64,000 nucleotides of DNA from Eledone cirrhosa (taxonomy: Eukaryota): NCBI GenBank assembly GCA_964016885.1, contig OZ024742.1, positions 16,368,001 through 16,432,000 of the forward strand, in the 5' to 3' direction. Each line of letters begins with the position of its first letter. Positions within the stretch are counted from its first letter, which is position 1. Below, piece after piece: positions 1 to 14,366 of this stretch. Position numbers and translations under genes: made by a program. The notes under the pieces are model-generated. The model saw nothing but the letters and a program-made list of their open reading frames with translations, searched no databases and was not told the DNA's origin.

Positions 1-227
1 GGATGTGCGAGGCCTTTCAAAACTTTCAAAACTTTCAAAACTTTTTTGTTGTTACCCTGGCGTCCCCTTTGTTTACGTGTCCCAACGACTTTTTTTAGCC
101 GTTGTTCGCACCAACCTGAGGCATATGGCCCTTAAAGCGATGAAATGCCCAGGACGGTTGGAGGGTCACTGATGAAGGACTCACTTTTTCATATGTATCC
201 CATTTGCAACGCCGCAGCTCCATTATT

Positions 228-359
<132 letters not shown>

Positions 360-378
360 ATTATATTGTGTATATATA

Positions 379-431
<53 letters not shown>

Positions 432-642
432 ATATTTGGGGAGGGTCATATTTGCGTAATATTGCCAGAATTAATAACAGAACACACTCACTGTTTGGTT
501 GGTTTTCGCTTCTCGCTGTCTTTTATATATATATATCTGCGATCTAACTTACTCGGTCCTCAATGTTGCCATTGACTGACCGGCGGTCAAAAATAATACA
601 GATACAATATAGACAAACACATATATATATAGTTTACATAAT

Positions 643-688
643 TTACATAAATCTTTCGTTGGACATCTGCAACATCGTCAGTGGTGTT
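643..688 (-). ncRNA. Minimal type I hammerhead ribozyme in PLE pLTR (weak stem I)
   Basis: Minus strand reads CTGACGA-T-GTTG..CAAC-GAAA-GATT-TA; same relative position as the HHR of the 41-51 kb family. Confidence 0.65.
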
Positions 689-954
689 ATATTCATTGTT
701 CCTCCTGTTGTGTTGTATGTCTACGCCATTTTTTTTTGTTCAGTCTGTCTATATATTTATTTATTTATTTGCTTGTTTGTTTATCTTATTTTATTTTGTC
801 TTCTTTGCGCATGCGTTTGCGTGTGTGTATAGTGTTATGTGTGATGTGTGACTAGTGTGTATAGTGTTGTGTCTGCTGGGTGACTAGTGTGTGTTTATGT
901 GCTTGTGTATGTATTTATTTATCTTATTTTATTTTATTTAATTTACTTATTTAT

Positions 955-1743
955 TTATACTTCTCTTAGGTCAGTGTTGTTTGTTTGGGTGTTGTTGTTG
1001 TTCCACTCATTCTTTCTGTTTAGCTTTGGTCTTCTAATTTCTATGTCACTGGCCTCTCTGATTTGCCTATCTGCTGGGTCATTCCTATGTTTAGATATTA
1101 TTCTAATTTCTATGTTGTCTATGTTACCGTCATGTTGTTGTCTAGCATGTTCGTATAGTACTGACCCGTTTTTTCGTCCTTTTAGTTCCCCCCAGTGTTG
1201 GTCTATCCTTTCACCTATGCTACGAGCTGTCTCACCTATGTATGTTGTTGTCGTGTTTCTGCAAGTACCCTCTGTACATCTTATACTATAGACTACGTTT
1301 CTAGTTTTACAGTTTATCCGGGGGTTCACCTTACATATGATACATTTCCTATTGGTACAGTGGGTTTTCTTAAAAGGGTAGGTTTTGCTGATCAGGGATT
1401 TTATGGTGGTTCCTGGCTTTTCTACCACCTTTATTTTTAAGTGGGTCTTTCTCAGGGCCTTTCTACACTGGTTAGCTAATTTCCCTCCAGGGGTGGCGTC
1501 CACAAACATGACACTCTGATATCTCTGGTTGTCGTACCATGATGTGGCCTTCCCTATCTTATGTCTAGCCCTATCTAAGCTATTCCATGATTTGCTCCTG
1601 TATAGTGGGCAAATTCCTTTCATGTCCAGTTCTATGAGGGTCTTATACTTTTCCATGGCTCCTTCGTATACTCTGACTCTGTCTCTTTGGTTGTAGCCAG
1701 AGAACTGCATGCGGTTGATGAAGTGTTGGATGTGTCCTTCCAT
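955..1743 (-). pseudogene. PLE GIY-YIG endonuclease C-terminal fragment
   Basis: GIY-YIG motifs VVYSIRC/YIGET, conserved R..H and E...I...P.LN; N-terminally truncated. Confidence 0.9.
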
Positions 1744-1833
1744 TTCTGTTAATATCGTATATATCGTTTCATTTAATATCGTATATATATATATATATAC
1801 GATATTAAATAAATGGAAACTATATTTATAAAA

Positions 1834-1914
1834 CCATATTTATTTCATTATATATATTTCAGGGATATCATATTAAAAATATGTTATGCCTTCTTCAGAC
1901 AAAATACAATATAA
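1834..1914 (-). ncRNA. Type I hammerhead ribozyme (mirror of 7673-7753)
   Basis: CTGAAGA-AGG..CCT-GAAA-TATATA-TA with extended stem I. Confidence 0.8.
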
Positions 1915-4049
1915 ACAGTCTTATAAATAGATAGATTCGACATACCTTTCAACTTCGACTTCTATTTGAAAAGTTGATTTGGCAGTGAAAAAATATTAGG
2001 GACAGTTATAGAAAGAAAGAAAGAAAAACGAAGAAAAAGAAGAAATGCATGCAACTAAATAGAGAGAGATAGATATAGAGAGATAGATAGAGAGAAGAAA
2101 TTCATGTAAAGAAACAGAGAGAGATATATAGAGAGAGGAAAAAAACACAGAGGGAGATAGATAGAGAGAGAGAGAGAGAAAATATAGAGAGATAGATATA
2201 GATAGAGATAGAGAGAGAGAAAATATAGAGAGATAGATATAGATGGAGATAGAGAGAAAGAAAATAGATAGTTGGGCACCAGTTGAATGACGTATCAATG
2301 ATATATTTATTTATTTATTTATTTATTTATTTAGCTCTAGTATTAATGTAGAGAGAGATATATGTGGTTAAGAGAGAAAACAGCCGTTACATAGAGAGAA
2401 AAGAAAAATATCCAGACATAAACGAGGCAGATTTAAAACACTATGTTTCATCAATGTAAAAAATATCAATTCGTATAAAACAGGCATTATAATGTAAATA
2501 TCAGTATTCATGAATGAGACACGTATCAATAATGTGTGAAAAATAATGATCATATGTCTAGTTTAAAATTCCTAGGTTTATATTAGAGTTGAGTTAAAAT
2601 AGTTATCCCAGATTTTATACTATATACATCCATGTGAATTTACGTGATCAGCTCTGCAAATTCCTATTTCACACGAAAACATTCTCATTGTGGTATAAAA
2701 ATTCTAGTATACATATATGTGTACATACACATAAATATATATAGAGTCTACATTAATTTTAACAATACTATTCATGTCTTTACTCTACATGATTATCGTT
2801 CAAGCATAAATAGAGAACAGATATCAATATATCAATAAAAATATCACAAACAAAAAATAAATAAAAAACAAAAAATCAAAAAAATATTAAAAATAAAAAT
2901 ATTAAAAATGTTAAAAATATTAAAATTAAAATAAAACATAGTATGCCCCGCAAATCAACCACAGAGATCAACCCTTCAAAGTTAATTGACAATATATTGC
3001 CAAGTTCGTTATAAGCATCAGAATCAAAAGCAAACAAAACCAAAAATTATTTACCAAATCCTGTCTAGCAGAAAACATTCCAAAAGTTTAGGATACCCAT
3101 TTGATCTACAGATGGTCTTATATTTAATATAGAAGTTTATCTAGTGTAAAATTTATTCGATATATTTGGAGCATCAGCTTTTAGGGTAGTTTAATTATTC
3201 ATGAAGAATATTTAAAATGGAATCGAAAGATTTATCGGCGAGTTTCATAAATAATTATAAATCAAATTAAATATACTACATTTTAAATTTATATTTATAT
3301 TTAAAAGTTGAGTTCAATCTATGTCTGCAGCAACTGAATAAATTTGTCCGTAAATTAAGGGAATTTTTAGATTTTAGTATAAAGAATATCTCCTCCGCGC
3401 AGAGGTCACATGTCTCAGAGGATGAATTAAAATGAATCCCTCTTGAGACTTTATTCCAAACCGTTGAATATCCAACGTTATCACGCCTAAGTTGCCAGAG
3501 TAAGCCTGCTAGTGATGTTGAGGATTTTTTGCTTGGATCTGTGAAAGAATTCTTGTGGTTATTATAGCGAAGTTTAAATTCCGTCGAGGTGGAACCAACA
3601 TAGTTAAAAGAATTTAAGTCCGTTTTAACATTACAGTTGTATATTATATTTTTAACTAAGCAATTGTTATTTAACGGACATTTAGATCTATCTCTACAGT
3701 TACATTTGTTAACTTGGATATTATTTATGCTATTATCGGTATTTTGGCTAGGTTTTAAATTCCTATTATTTATTCTATTAATATTTTGTGCTAAATTTTT
3801 GGTGGATGAGTAGGTTAATTTTATAGTATGTCTATTGAAAATTGAGTGATACCTATGTGTTCTAGGGAAGCGATTATCAAGAGCATTAAAAAATAGTTTA
3901 GCGATGTGGGTTTTAATGTTTAGTGAGAAAGGGGGGGGGGCAAACCATATTATATTCCTAGTGCTATTTCTTTTTTGGCTTTTGGAATTATTGTAATGCT
4001 TTCTATTATAGTTGTTAAAGTTGTTGCCGTAATTAAAATTGTTGTTATT

Positions 4050-5372
4050 TTAGTTAGTTTGTCTATTATTATCTATGTACATAATTTTATCACTATATCC
4101 TGCTCTAGCTAACGCTTCATTGTAATACTGGGCTTTTTCGTCGAAAATCTTTTTATTAGATGAGATTCTAGAGATACGATTTTGAACAGAGTTTACTATA
4201 GTATTTTTAACAGATCTGGGGTGGTTAGAGTTAAAGCTGACATAGTTTAAGTTTTCATTCAACTTGTGAAATGGATAATGAAGACATGTGTTGAGATTTA
4301 ATGTTACATCTAGGAAATTGACTATTCTATGGTTATTCTCAATTTCTATTTTTAGATTAAAGTAATTAAAAAATTGTGTAATTTGTTTTCTTTTTCTATT
4401 TAGTTCAGAGTTATTATTTTCAATAAGTAAAAGCATGTCATCTCTATATAAACCTCCGGTAGCATCGGGTATTTTCCTATGCAGCGAATTGATTAAAAAT
4501 AGGCCCACAAGGTCAGTTACCTGAGCTGAGTCGGATGATCCCATAGTCATGTCGAAATTGTTATCTCTATCTGCTCTGGTCCATAGTTGGTCATTAAATT
4601 CTATCAATGTTTTCCTAGCCGATAATATAATGTGCATTTCATTGCTAGTTAGGTCTGTATGTTTGAATGCGTAATTTAGTGCCTTATTTAGTAGATTAGG
4701 GGTAATAGATGAATAATAGTTAGCGATATCTAGTTGAATAAACTTATTTTTATTGTTATATTTAATTTCTTTAAACCACTCAACAACCTCTCCAGTTCCC
4801 TTCCACAAGCTCAAGTTAGGTACACAATTCAAGTTTTTAATTTGCTGTATCACCCTGTCTAGAATGTTTTTGCTTAGTTTACCCAGGTCCGATTTTGATG
4901 GTGCAATCAATCTGACTGGCAGGTCATTTTCAAAATTACTTTTGTGATCTTTCATATTGATCTTCGGTTTCCTGGGCACGAAAGGTTGTGTTCTGTTCTC
5001 AATTTCCAACTCATGCATTATACAAGATGCCTCAACATTCATTTTCTCAAGCTCGGCCTTATCTGCTACCTTGTACTTTTTCCTCAGTTCTTTCAGTATG
5101 AGGCCATTATACATGTCTTTTTGCACTCCATAGAGGTTGTTGGTCTTGTCAGATTTCACCAAGATCTTCTCAGTTTTCTCTAAGCTCTCAATATTATCCT
5201 TAATGCCTTTCAGATATTCCTGGCCTTTGAAGTTTCTCTTGAATTTGACTCCTTGTATGATAGAAATTATATCGTTTTCAAAGTCAAATAAAAGTTTGTT
5301 GGGGGGTGGATTTCTTTTAGATTTGAAAACTTTGTCTAAGTCCGAGACATTTTCATTTATATTATTATTTCT
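4050..5372 (-). pseudogene. PLE reverse transcriptase (Naiad-type, YRDD)
   Basis: Reading frame stays open upstream of the annotated start (FKSKRNPPPNKLLFDFENDI) up to the inversion junction; premature stop at 4050-4052. Confidence 0.88.
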
Positions 5373-5564
5373 ATAAAAAGCCCAGTATTACAATGAAGCG
5401 TTAGCTAGAGCAGGATATAGTGATAAAATTATGTACATAGATAATAATAGACAAACTAACCAAAATAACAACAATTTTAATTACGGCAACAACTTTAACA
5501 ACTATAATAGAAAGCATTACAATAATTCCAAAAGCCAAAAAAGAAATAGAACTAGGAATATAAT

Positions 5565-6233
5565 ATGGTTTGCCCCCCTTTCTCACTAAACATTAAAACC
5601 CACATCGCTAAACTATTTTTTAATGCTCTTGATAATCGCTTCCCTAGAACACATAGGTATCACTCAATTTTCAATAGACATACTATAAAATTAACCTACT
5701 CAACCACCAAAAATTTAGCACAAAATATTAATAGAATAAATAATAGGAATTTAAAACCTAGCCAAAATACCGATAATAGCATAAATAATATCCAAGTTAA
5801 CAAAAGTAACTGTAGAGATAGATCTAAATGTCCGTTAAATAACAATTGCTTAGTTAAAAATATAATATACAACTGTAATGTTAAAACGGACTTAAATTCT
5901 TTTAACTATGTTGGTTCCACCTCGACGGAATTTAAACTTCGCTATAATAACCACAAGAATTCTTTCACAGATCCAAGCAAAAAATCCTCAACATCACTAG
6001 CAGGCTTACTCTGGCAACTTAGGCGTGATAACGTTGGATATTCAACGGCTTGGAATATAGTCTCAAGAGGGATTCCTTTTAATTCATCCTCTGAGACATG
6101 TTACCTCTGCGCGGAGGAGATATTCTTTATACTAAAATCTAAAAATTCCCTTAATTTACGGATAAATGTATTCAGTTGCTGCAGACATAGATTGAACTCA
6201 ACTTTTAAATATAAATATAAATTTAACATGTAG
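5565..6233 (+). pseudogene. Naiad-type GIY-YIG endonuclease domain
   Basis: CxCx5CPLxxxC linker (first Cys mutated to Ser here, Cys in the left copy), GIY-YIG motifs, C-terminal CxxC...CxH. Confidence 0.88.
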
Positions 6234-7179
6234 TATATTTAATTTGATTTATAATTATTTATGAAACTCGCCGATAAATCTTTTGATTCCTTTTTAAACA
6301 TTCTTCATGAATAATTAAACTACCCTAAAAGCTGATGCTCCAAATATATCGAATAAATTTTACACTAGATAAACTTCTATATTAAATATAAGACCATCTG
6401 TAGATCAAATGGGTATCCTAAACTTTTGGAATGTTTTCTGCTAGACAGGATTTGGTAAATAATTTTGGGTTTTGTTTGCTTTTGATTCTGATGCTTATAA
6501 CGAACTTGGCAATATATTGTCAATTAACTTTGAAGGGTTGATCTCTGTGGTTGATTTGCGGGGCATACTATGTTTTATTTTAATTTTAATATTTTTAATC
6601 TTTTTAATATTTTTATTTTTAATATTTTTTTGATTTTTTTGTTTTTTATTTATTTTTTGTTTGTGATATTTTTATTGATATATTGATATCTGTTCTCTAT
6701 TTATGCTTGAACGATAATCATGTAGAGTAAAGACATGAATAGTATTGTTAAAATTAATGTAGACTCTATATATATTTATGTGTATGTACACATATATGTA
6801 TACTAGAATTTTATACCACAATGAGAATGTTTTCGTGTGAAATAGGAATTTGCAGAGCTGATCACGTAAATTCACATGGATGTATATAGTATAAAATCTG
6901 GGATAACCTTCTATTTTAACTCAACTCTAATATAAACCTAGGAATTTTAAACTAGACATATGATCATTATTTTTCACACATTATTGATACGTGTCTCATT
7001 CATGAATACTGATATTTACATTATAATGCCTGTTTTATACGAATTGATATTTTTTACATTGATGAAACATAGTGTTTTAAATCTGCCTCGTTTATGTCTG
7101 GATATTTTTCTTTTCTCTCTATGTAACGGCTGTTTTCTCTCTTAACCACATATATCTCTCTCTACGTTAATACTAGAGC

Positions 7180-7222
<43 letters not shown>

Positions 7223-7672
7223 ATATATCATTGATACGTCATTCAACTGGTGCCCAACTATCTATTTTCTTTCTCTCTATCTCCATCTATATCTATCTCT
7301 CTATATTTTCTCTCTCTCTATCTCTGTCTATATCTATCTCTCTATATTTTCTCTCTCTCTCTCTCTCCTCTCTTTTCTCTCTCTCTCTCTCTCTCTCTCC
7401 TCTCTTTTCTCTCTCTCTCTCTCTATCTATCTCCCTCTGTGTTTTTTTCCTCTCTCTATATATCTATCTCTGTTTCTTTACATGAATTTCTTCTCTCTAT
7501 CTATCTCTCTATATCTATCTCTCTCTATTTAGTTGCATGCATTTCTTCTTTTTCTTCGTTTTTCTTTCTTTCTTTCTATAACTGTCCCTAATATTTTTTC
7601 ACTGCCAAATCAACTTTTCAAATAGAAGTCGAAGTTGAAAGGTATGTCGAATCTATCTATTTATAAGACTGT

Positions 7673-7753
7673 TTATATTGTATTTTGTCTGAAGAAGGCA
7701 TAACATATTTTTAATATGATGTCCCTGAAATATATATAATGAAATAAATATGG
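7673..7753 (+). ncRNA. Type I hammerhead ribozyme with palindromic stem III loop
   Basis: TTATATTGTATTTTGT-CTGAAGA(7689)-AGG..CATATT..AATATG..CCT-GAAA(7727)-TATATA-TA-ATGAAATAAATATGG; stem I about 15 bp with G-U pairs and one bulge. Confidence 0.82.
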
Positions 7754-7873
7754 TTTTATAAATATAGTTTCCATTTATTTAATATCGTAAATATACTCCA
7801 AATACTTGTTGAGTGCTTTTATATCAGTTATAAATATTTACTCGTTGTTAACCCAACAATTTAAATAAAACTT

Positions 7874-8568
<695 letters not shown>

Positions 8569-8591
8569 GATATATATATATATATATATAT

Positions 8592-8873
8592 AAAGTAATA
8601 AAAATAATGAATATAAACAAAGAAACAGTTCCTTATATTAAAAAATTCATCATGTTACGATCGTTTCTAGGATATATATGTGTGTGTTGGTATGTATATC
8701 ATATAGATCTATGTAAAAAATTTACAAACTATCAGAGGGAATATACATACCTACACATATATATGGTGTCTTCAGAAATTTTTTTGAATAGATCTTCTCT
8801 TTTCATGATATTTGGATTACATTGAGTTCTTTATACGGATTGGACACTACCGTATATTCTGGTAGATTTATCT

Positions 8874-8875
<2 letters not shown>
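8592..8875. mobile_element. Short inverted pLTR remnant related to the 17-25 kb PLE, with degenerate long-stem-II HHR
   Basis: 8592-8790 resembles 16975-17177 (minus strand CTGAAGA..GAAACGATCGTA); 8791-8875 resembles the tail at 25256-25340. Confidence 0.75.
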
Positions 8876-8950
<75 letters not shown>

Positions 8951-9362
8951 TATATATATATATCAATCATCAATCAAATGTATAGAAATGAGGAATGTTG
9001 AATACATTTGCATATTGATTATATTATTTTTGTATCGATGAATAAACAATATAACATATATACCTACACACATATATAACATATATACTACACACATATA
9101 TAACATATAAAACTACATACATATATAACATATATACCTACATACATGCATCTGAACCCGCCCCACGCCTCATATAATACATGAGTTTATCTGTTTGTAA
9201 CGTCTAGCTAAACAGAGATCTGTTGAAATATATATATATTTATATACATACATATATGAATATATAAGAATATATTTGTTCATTATATATGTAATGTAGA
9301 AATGTGAATATAAACGTATACAAAAAGACGAGTATGTACCTATTGCCATGTAGCTACCATAG

Positions 9363-9422
<60 letters not shown>

Positions 9423-9539
9423 TGTATATATATATATATATATATTTATATATTTATTTTCGTAGACCACGTAATGGATGAAACATTGTCAGCAAATAAA
9501 AATTGTATGAGTATGTAGGCGTTCTTTGATTTCTTTTAC

Positions 9540-9577
<38 letters not shown>

Positions 9578-9699
9578 GTGCATATAGTATATATATATAT
9601 ATATATATATACTATATGCACATATATATATAATATGTATATATATAATGTATGTATATATACAATATATATATATATATGTAAATATATATAATACAT

Positions 9700-9735
<36 letters not shown>

Positions 9736-10259
9736 GTATATAATATATTTATACAATATATATATGTATATGTATATATATGGGAGGGTGCGTGTGTGTA
9801 GATATGTGTATATGTGTATATGTATAGTTATTTGTGTGAGTTTTCCTATTCGTTAGTATTGTCTATACACATGTGGATTTTGATTTAATATTGCGTGATA
9901 GTGAAATGTTAAAGATTGCACCGCAAGTATAGAATTTAGTAATCTTGCTGTGGAACAATCATGTGTAAACCTGTGACATTTTAAATTGTAAGCTCTTCCT
10001 AAGCAATATTAAAAATACGATCCATAAATAGACATTTTTTCATCACTGTTTCATATATACAACAAGTTCGATATATTTCGCATGTTTTACTTACATATTA
10101 CTTCTGTTGTTGTTGAATTTCTTGTTTTTCCTGTTGCTGTTGTAAACAGCAGGCTGGGTTCTTTAGTTCTGTTTTCGTAATCAGATACTGTTGCTGTTTA
10201 ACCCCGGGTCTGTTCTGATTGATCAATATCCATACAGATAGACATATATAAGAACCAAA

Positions 10260-10540
10260 GATCGAAGCTCAGGCATATGATCGTCTGCATCGCAAGGAGC
10301 TAAAGATCTATTCAATAAAGTTTATATGTCCTTGGGTAAGACACTTTATTTCACGTTACCCCTGTTGACTCAGCTGTAGAAATGAGTTGGAGAACATGGG
10401 CAGCGTGGAGAGGGGAGACTGTTATGCAGGAGCGACTGTTGGTTATTCACAAACAAATCTTACCCAGGCTTGTGCCCCGGAGGGAAACTTTCTAGGTGCA
10501 AAACTATGGTCATTAGTGATCGCTGGGGGCCTTCAAAGGG
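10260..10540 (+). mobile_element. SINE fragment (cephalopod-type)
   Basis: CCTTGGGTAAGACACTTTATTTCACGTT..ACTCAGCTGTAGAAATGAGTTG and GGGAAACTTTCTAGGTGCA motifs, recognised from octopus SINEs (recollection, not searched). Confidence 0.55.
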
Positions 10541-10595
10541 TAAGCGCACCCAGCCCATAGGACGGGTTAATTATAATTAGTTACAACAGTGACAT

Positions 10596-10650
10596 ATACA
10601 AGTACCTAAGTTTCGTTGGGTTATGCACCCCAACTCATTCAGCCAGTTAT
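10596..10650 (-). ncRNA. Degenerate hammerhead ribozyme motif
   Basis: CTGAATGA (1-nt insertion)-GTTGGG..CCCAAC-GAAA-CTTAGG-TA; stem I poor. Confidence 0.55.
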
Positions 10651-10716
10651 ATATATATATATTAGTTTTCACATTTATTATTATTACTATATATATATAT
10701 ATATATATATATATCT

Positions 10717-11005
10717 TGTTATACTCGGGGAAGATCATATTGTTGTAATAATATTGTTTTTACTTTTTGGCACAAGGCCAGCAATTACCCTGTGCATTAC
10801 TGGTACTTTATTTTATCGACCCCGTAAGGATGAAAGGCAAAGTTAACCCTGGCGGAATTTATGGCCAGAAATAATAACAGAACACACTGTTTGGTTGGTT
10901 TTCGCTTCTGTATCTTTTATATCTCCATAGTTAATTCATTTGGCAATCAATATTTATCATTGATTGAACAGCGGTTAAAAAAACAGATATAAATGTAACT
11001 TTGAT

Positions 11006-11010
<5 letters not shown>
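10717..11010 (-). mobile_element. PLE pLTR tail fragment interrupted by a SINE piece (about 10755-10862)
   Basis: Matches 427-610 and 34829-35030. The insert contains ACTGGTACTTTATTTTATCGACCCCGTAAGGATGAAAGGCAAAG, typical of an octopus SINE in reverse orientation. Confidence 0.7.
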
Positions 11011-11066
<56 letters not shown>

Positions 11067-11070
<4 letters not shown>

Positions 11071-11699
11071 AAGGTTTAGCAAATAATGAAAAAGATTCAA
11101 AATAAATTTTAAAAAATTGACTTTACCTACTATAGTTACCTTTACCGATCGGTTTCGAATCCCAAAAATAAAACGGAGACCATACGGCCTTCGTTGCAAA
11201 GAAAGATTCTCGTCAGAAGGTTCTTTTCATTCAAAGAATATAAAATTCCTGAATTTAAATCACAAACTAGCGCTATCAAAACTGTTCCTGGGATGAGAGT
11301 GGATGATGTAGAAACAGGTTTATCAAGGGCCGTAGCAAAGATAGAGGCAGAAGGAGGTAGGTCAAACTAGCCACAGCTATTGCTAGCAGCAGTCAGAACG
11401 ACCAAATTTGTTCTCAACATTAGTGGAGGTAGTAGTAATAGGATATACGTTCCTTCACGCACAAGGCGCCAAGGTACGCATGTATTGTCCAACCAAATGC
11501 CAGTGTGGTTCAATGGCGGGTTAATAAATTAACGAGCCAGAACAAATATAACAAGGTTTAGCAAATAATGAAAAAGTTTCAAAATAAATTTTAAAAAATT
11601 GACTTATTAATTTATTAACCCGCCATTGAACCACACTGGCATTTGGTTGGACAATACATGCGTACCTTGGCACCTTGTGCGTGAAGGAACGTATGTCCT

Positions 11700-11702
<3 letters not shown>
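11067..11702 (-). mobile_element. ORF-less ~483-bp HHR-containing unit with terminal direct repeat and inverted end (retrozyme-like / non-autonomous PLE)
   Basis: 11067-11123 repeated at 11550-11605; 11607-11702 is the reverse complement of about 11438-11533; flanked by (TA)n. Confidence 0.7.
11138..11221 (-). ncRNA. Intact type I hammerhead ribozyme
   Basis: ACCTT-CTGACGA-GAATCTT..GGGATTC-GAAA-CCGATCGG-TA-AAGGT: all three stems pair, palindromic stem III. Confidence 0.88.
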
Positions 11703-11795
<93 letters not shown>

Positions 11796-11907
11796 GTGAG
11801 TATGTTCTGTTATTATTTCTGGCAATATTATAACAATATGACGCTCCCAAGTATGACAATATTTGTGTTTCGACACACGATTTCAGATAAAATAAAACTT
11901 GCAAAAC

Positions 11908-11951
<44 letters not shown>

Positions 11952-12706
11952 ACTCAACACATCAACCGCTTTTCTTATTTTCTCCGTGGTGATCACTTGT
12001 GGGTACAAGGAAGGTAAATCTTGGGGTATATATATAGTAATTAATACATTGAGAGACGATCTTTCTAATATATTTAGCTCTGGACATAGCTATCCACCAG
12101 TTAATTTTATTGCTCATTTTTTGTCGATTCTATTGAGTGATGAATAGCTTTTGTTTTATTTTAACATGTCTATTGAGCACTCTAATTCGATATGTGTATT
12201 TCCACATTCACTCGAATTGTTTTCGCGGATATAGGGGTCATCTCCCTTGTCTAATGCCATGTGCGTTTTTCACTGGTAGTTGGCTCCTCTGCCGCCAGGA
12301 AAAAACTCGTTGAGAAAGTAAACCTCCGTTCCGCTTACTCTAGTAGGCTTTTATATTTATATGTGAGCTGATAGAGTACAGTCTAAGGATTTACAGAAAC
12401 CCATGAAGCTAGATTTAACACCTGTCTAGTGGGTCCGGGTATGATTTTACATTCATTTAAATTATTGACGTATTGTTTTATTGATATTTTTTATCTGTTT
12501 GTCCCGAATCTTCCTCTATCGATTTTAAATCGTATGGTTGATTGTAGACTTGTTCTATATGTGACGGTATTTTAACGATAGTTATAGCTCTGATTCATCT
12601 GAATTATTGAGCCCTCTGCCGCTCTTATCGAATCTCGTTTATCGTGAACTCGTGCGCCGATTTTTCGATACTCGATCTTTCTAATATATATATATATATA
12701 TATATA

Positions 12707-13148
12707 AATGCAAAGTTTTATTTAAATTGTTGGGTTACAACGAGTAAATATTTATAACTGATATAAAAGCACTCAACAAGTATTTGGAGTATATTTACGA
12801 TATTAAATAAATGGAAACTATATTTATAAAACCATATTTATTTCATTATATATATTTCAGGGATATCATATTAAAAATATGGTATGCCTTGTTCAGACAA
12901 AATACAATATAAACAGTCTTATAAATAGATAGATTTAACATACCTTACAACTTCAACTTCCATTTAAAAAATCAACTTTTTAAATGGAAGTTGAAGTTGT
13001 AAGGTATGTCAAATCTATCTATTTATAAGACTGTTTATATTGTATTTTGTCTGAAGAAGGCATACCATATTTTTAATATGATATCCCTGAAATATATATA
13101 ATGAAATAAATATGGTTTTATAAATATAGTTTCCATTTATTTAATATC

Positions 13149-13150
<2 letters not shown>
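12707..13150. mobile_element. Fold-back solo pLTR of the 1.8-7.9 kb Naiad family
   Basis: 12791-12970 and 12975-13150 are inverted copies matching 7610-7790; 12707-12800 matches the tail at 7790-7877. Confidence 0.85.
13035..13115 (+). ncRNA. Type I hammerhead ribozyme (same family as 7673)
   Basis: CTGAAGA at 13051, GAAA at 13089. The mirror copy at 12832-12912 has a core mutation (CTGAACA). Confidence 0.8.
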
Positions 13151-13190
<40 letters not shown>

Positions 13191-13192
<2 letters not shown>

Positions 13193-13810
13193 GTTATTCC
13201 GGGTTGAATCGGAGGTAACTACAGTAAGTAAGGTACTCAATACATAGCAAAGTATAAAAGTTTTAATATAGATGAGGTTCTACAGGACTAGAACTGTTTC
13301 ATTCTTTAGAAATCATCAGGAATCTGGGTATCAAAAAATAAATATGCTATTTATAGGTCTCTTCAGGTGGTAGGAGAAGGTAGGGAGTGGGGTGGGTAGA
13401 GGTCATTGGTTGATAGAAAAGGGAATTCATTAAAAGCTAATTCTTTAAAGCTATAATTTATATTTAGAGTAACAAAGGCAGAAAGAATTCTATAAACAAG
13501 TTCTGTATAGGGCGCCACTCCTTATTTTTAAGTTTATCTTAAGCTAACAATGCCTATATTTCAGGTGTCTATAAGATCATTGGGGGTCAGTGATGGTTGA
13601 TGGATTTAAAGAAAAGGGAAATTCTTTAAAAGCTAATACTTTAAGGTTCTACTTAGAGTCACAAAGGCCTAGAGAATTCTATAGACCAGTTCAAAATATT
13701 GAGTGCCTATCATACCATTATGTTCAAGTTTCTCTGAAGCTATATTCCAAATGTCAACAGACACATTCACAAACACACACATTCACAAACACGCGCCGCC
13801 TCCCAACACA
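13191..13810 (-). repeat. Interspersed repeat, probable PLE 3' region with HHR-like core; diverged inverted copy at 29740-30255
   Basis: Minus strand CTGATGA-TTTCTAAAGAAT-GAAA-CAGTTC at 13283-13326; internal ~75-bp direct repeat (13418/13611). Confidence 0.55.
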
Positions 13811-13811
13811 T

Positions 13812-13850
<39 letters not shown>

Positions 13851-13946
13851 CACATACACACATGTACACATATACATACATACACATAGATACATATACA
13901 TACATATATATATATATATATACATACATATACACATATATATATT

Positions 13947-13980
<34 letters not shown>

Positions 13981-14321
13981 CACACATACACATACACACA
14001 TATATATATATATACATACACACACATACACACATACACATACACACATATATATATATATACATACACACACATACACACATACACATACATATACATA
14101 CATACACACATATATATATATACATATATACATATATACACACATATATATACATATATACACATATACACGTATGCATATATACACACATATATATATA
14201 TATATATACATACACACACACATGTATATATATATATATATACACATACACAGACATACACACATACATACATACATACATACATACATACACACATTCA
14301 TATACACACATATATACATAC

Positions 14322-14366
<45 letters not shown>

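Larger units (their letters stand above)
427..1750 (-). mobile_element. 5'-truncated Penelope-like element (Neptune-like; relative of the 41-51 kb family): RT-thumb/GIY-YIG end plus pLTR
   Basis: ORF 955..1743 has CIICK..NCKTRNVVYSIRC..YIGETARSIGERIDQH (GIY-YIG) and is colinear with the C-terminus of ORF 47271..50549. The 3' region carries an HHR and ends in ATGACCCTCCCCAAATATAACAA abutting (TA)n. Confidence 0.9.
1800..5372 (-). mobile_element. Naiad-type Penelope-like element, 5'-truncated (RT, degenerate GIY-YIG, long 3' region, HHR)
   Basis: RT ORF 4050..5162 with DKTNNLY, LDIANYYSSI, FDMTMGSSDSAQVTDLVG, GLYRDD, FLDVTLNL. Downstream part mirrors 5374-7790. Confidence 0.88.

Noticed and set aside
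9455-9505. GAAACATTGTC with a possible stem I
   Set aside because: CTGANGA box absent (CGTAGA instead); too degenerate to call.
11950-12690. Unique-looking sequence with an LLCRQEK peptide resembling a Naiad C-terminus
   Set aside because: Match too short and no supporting frame; left unclassified.
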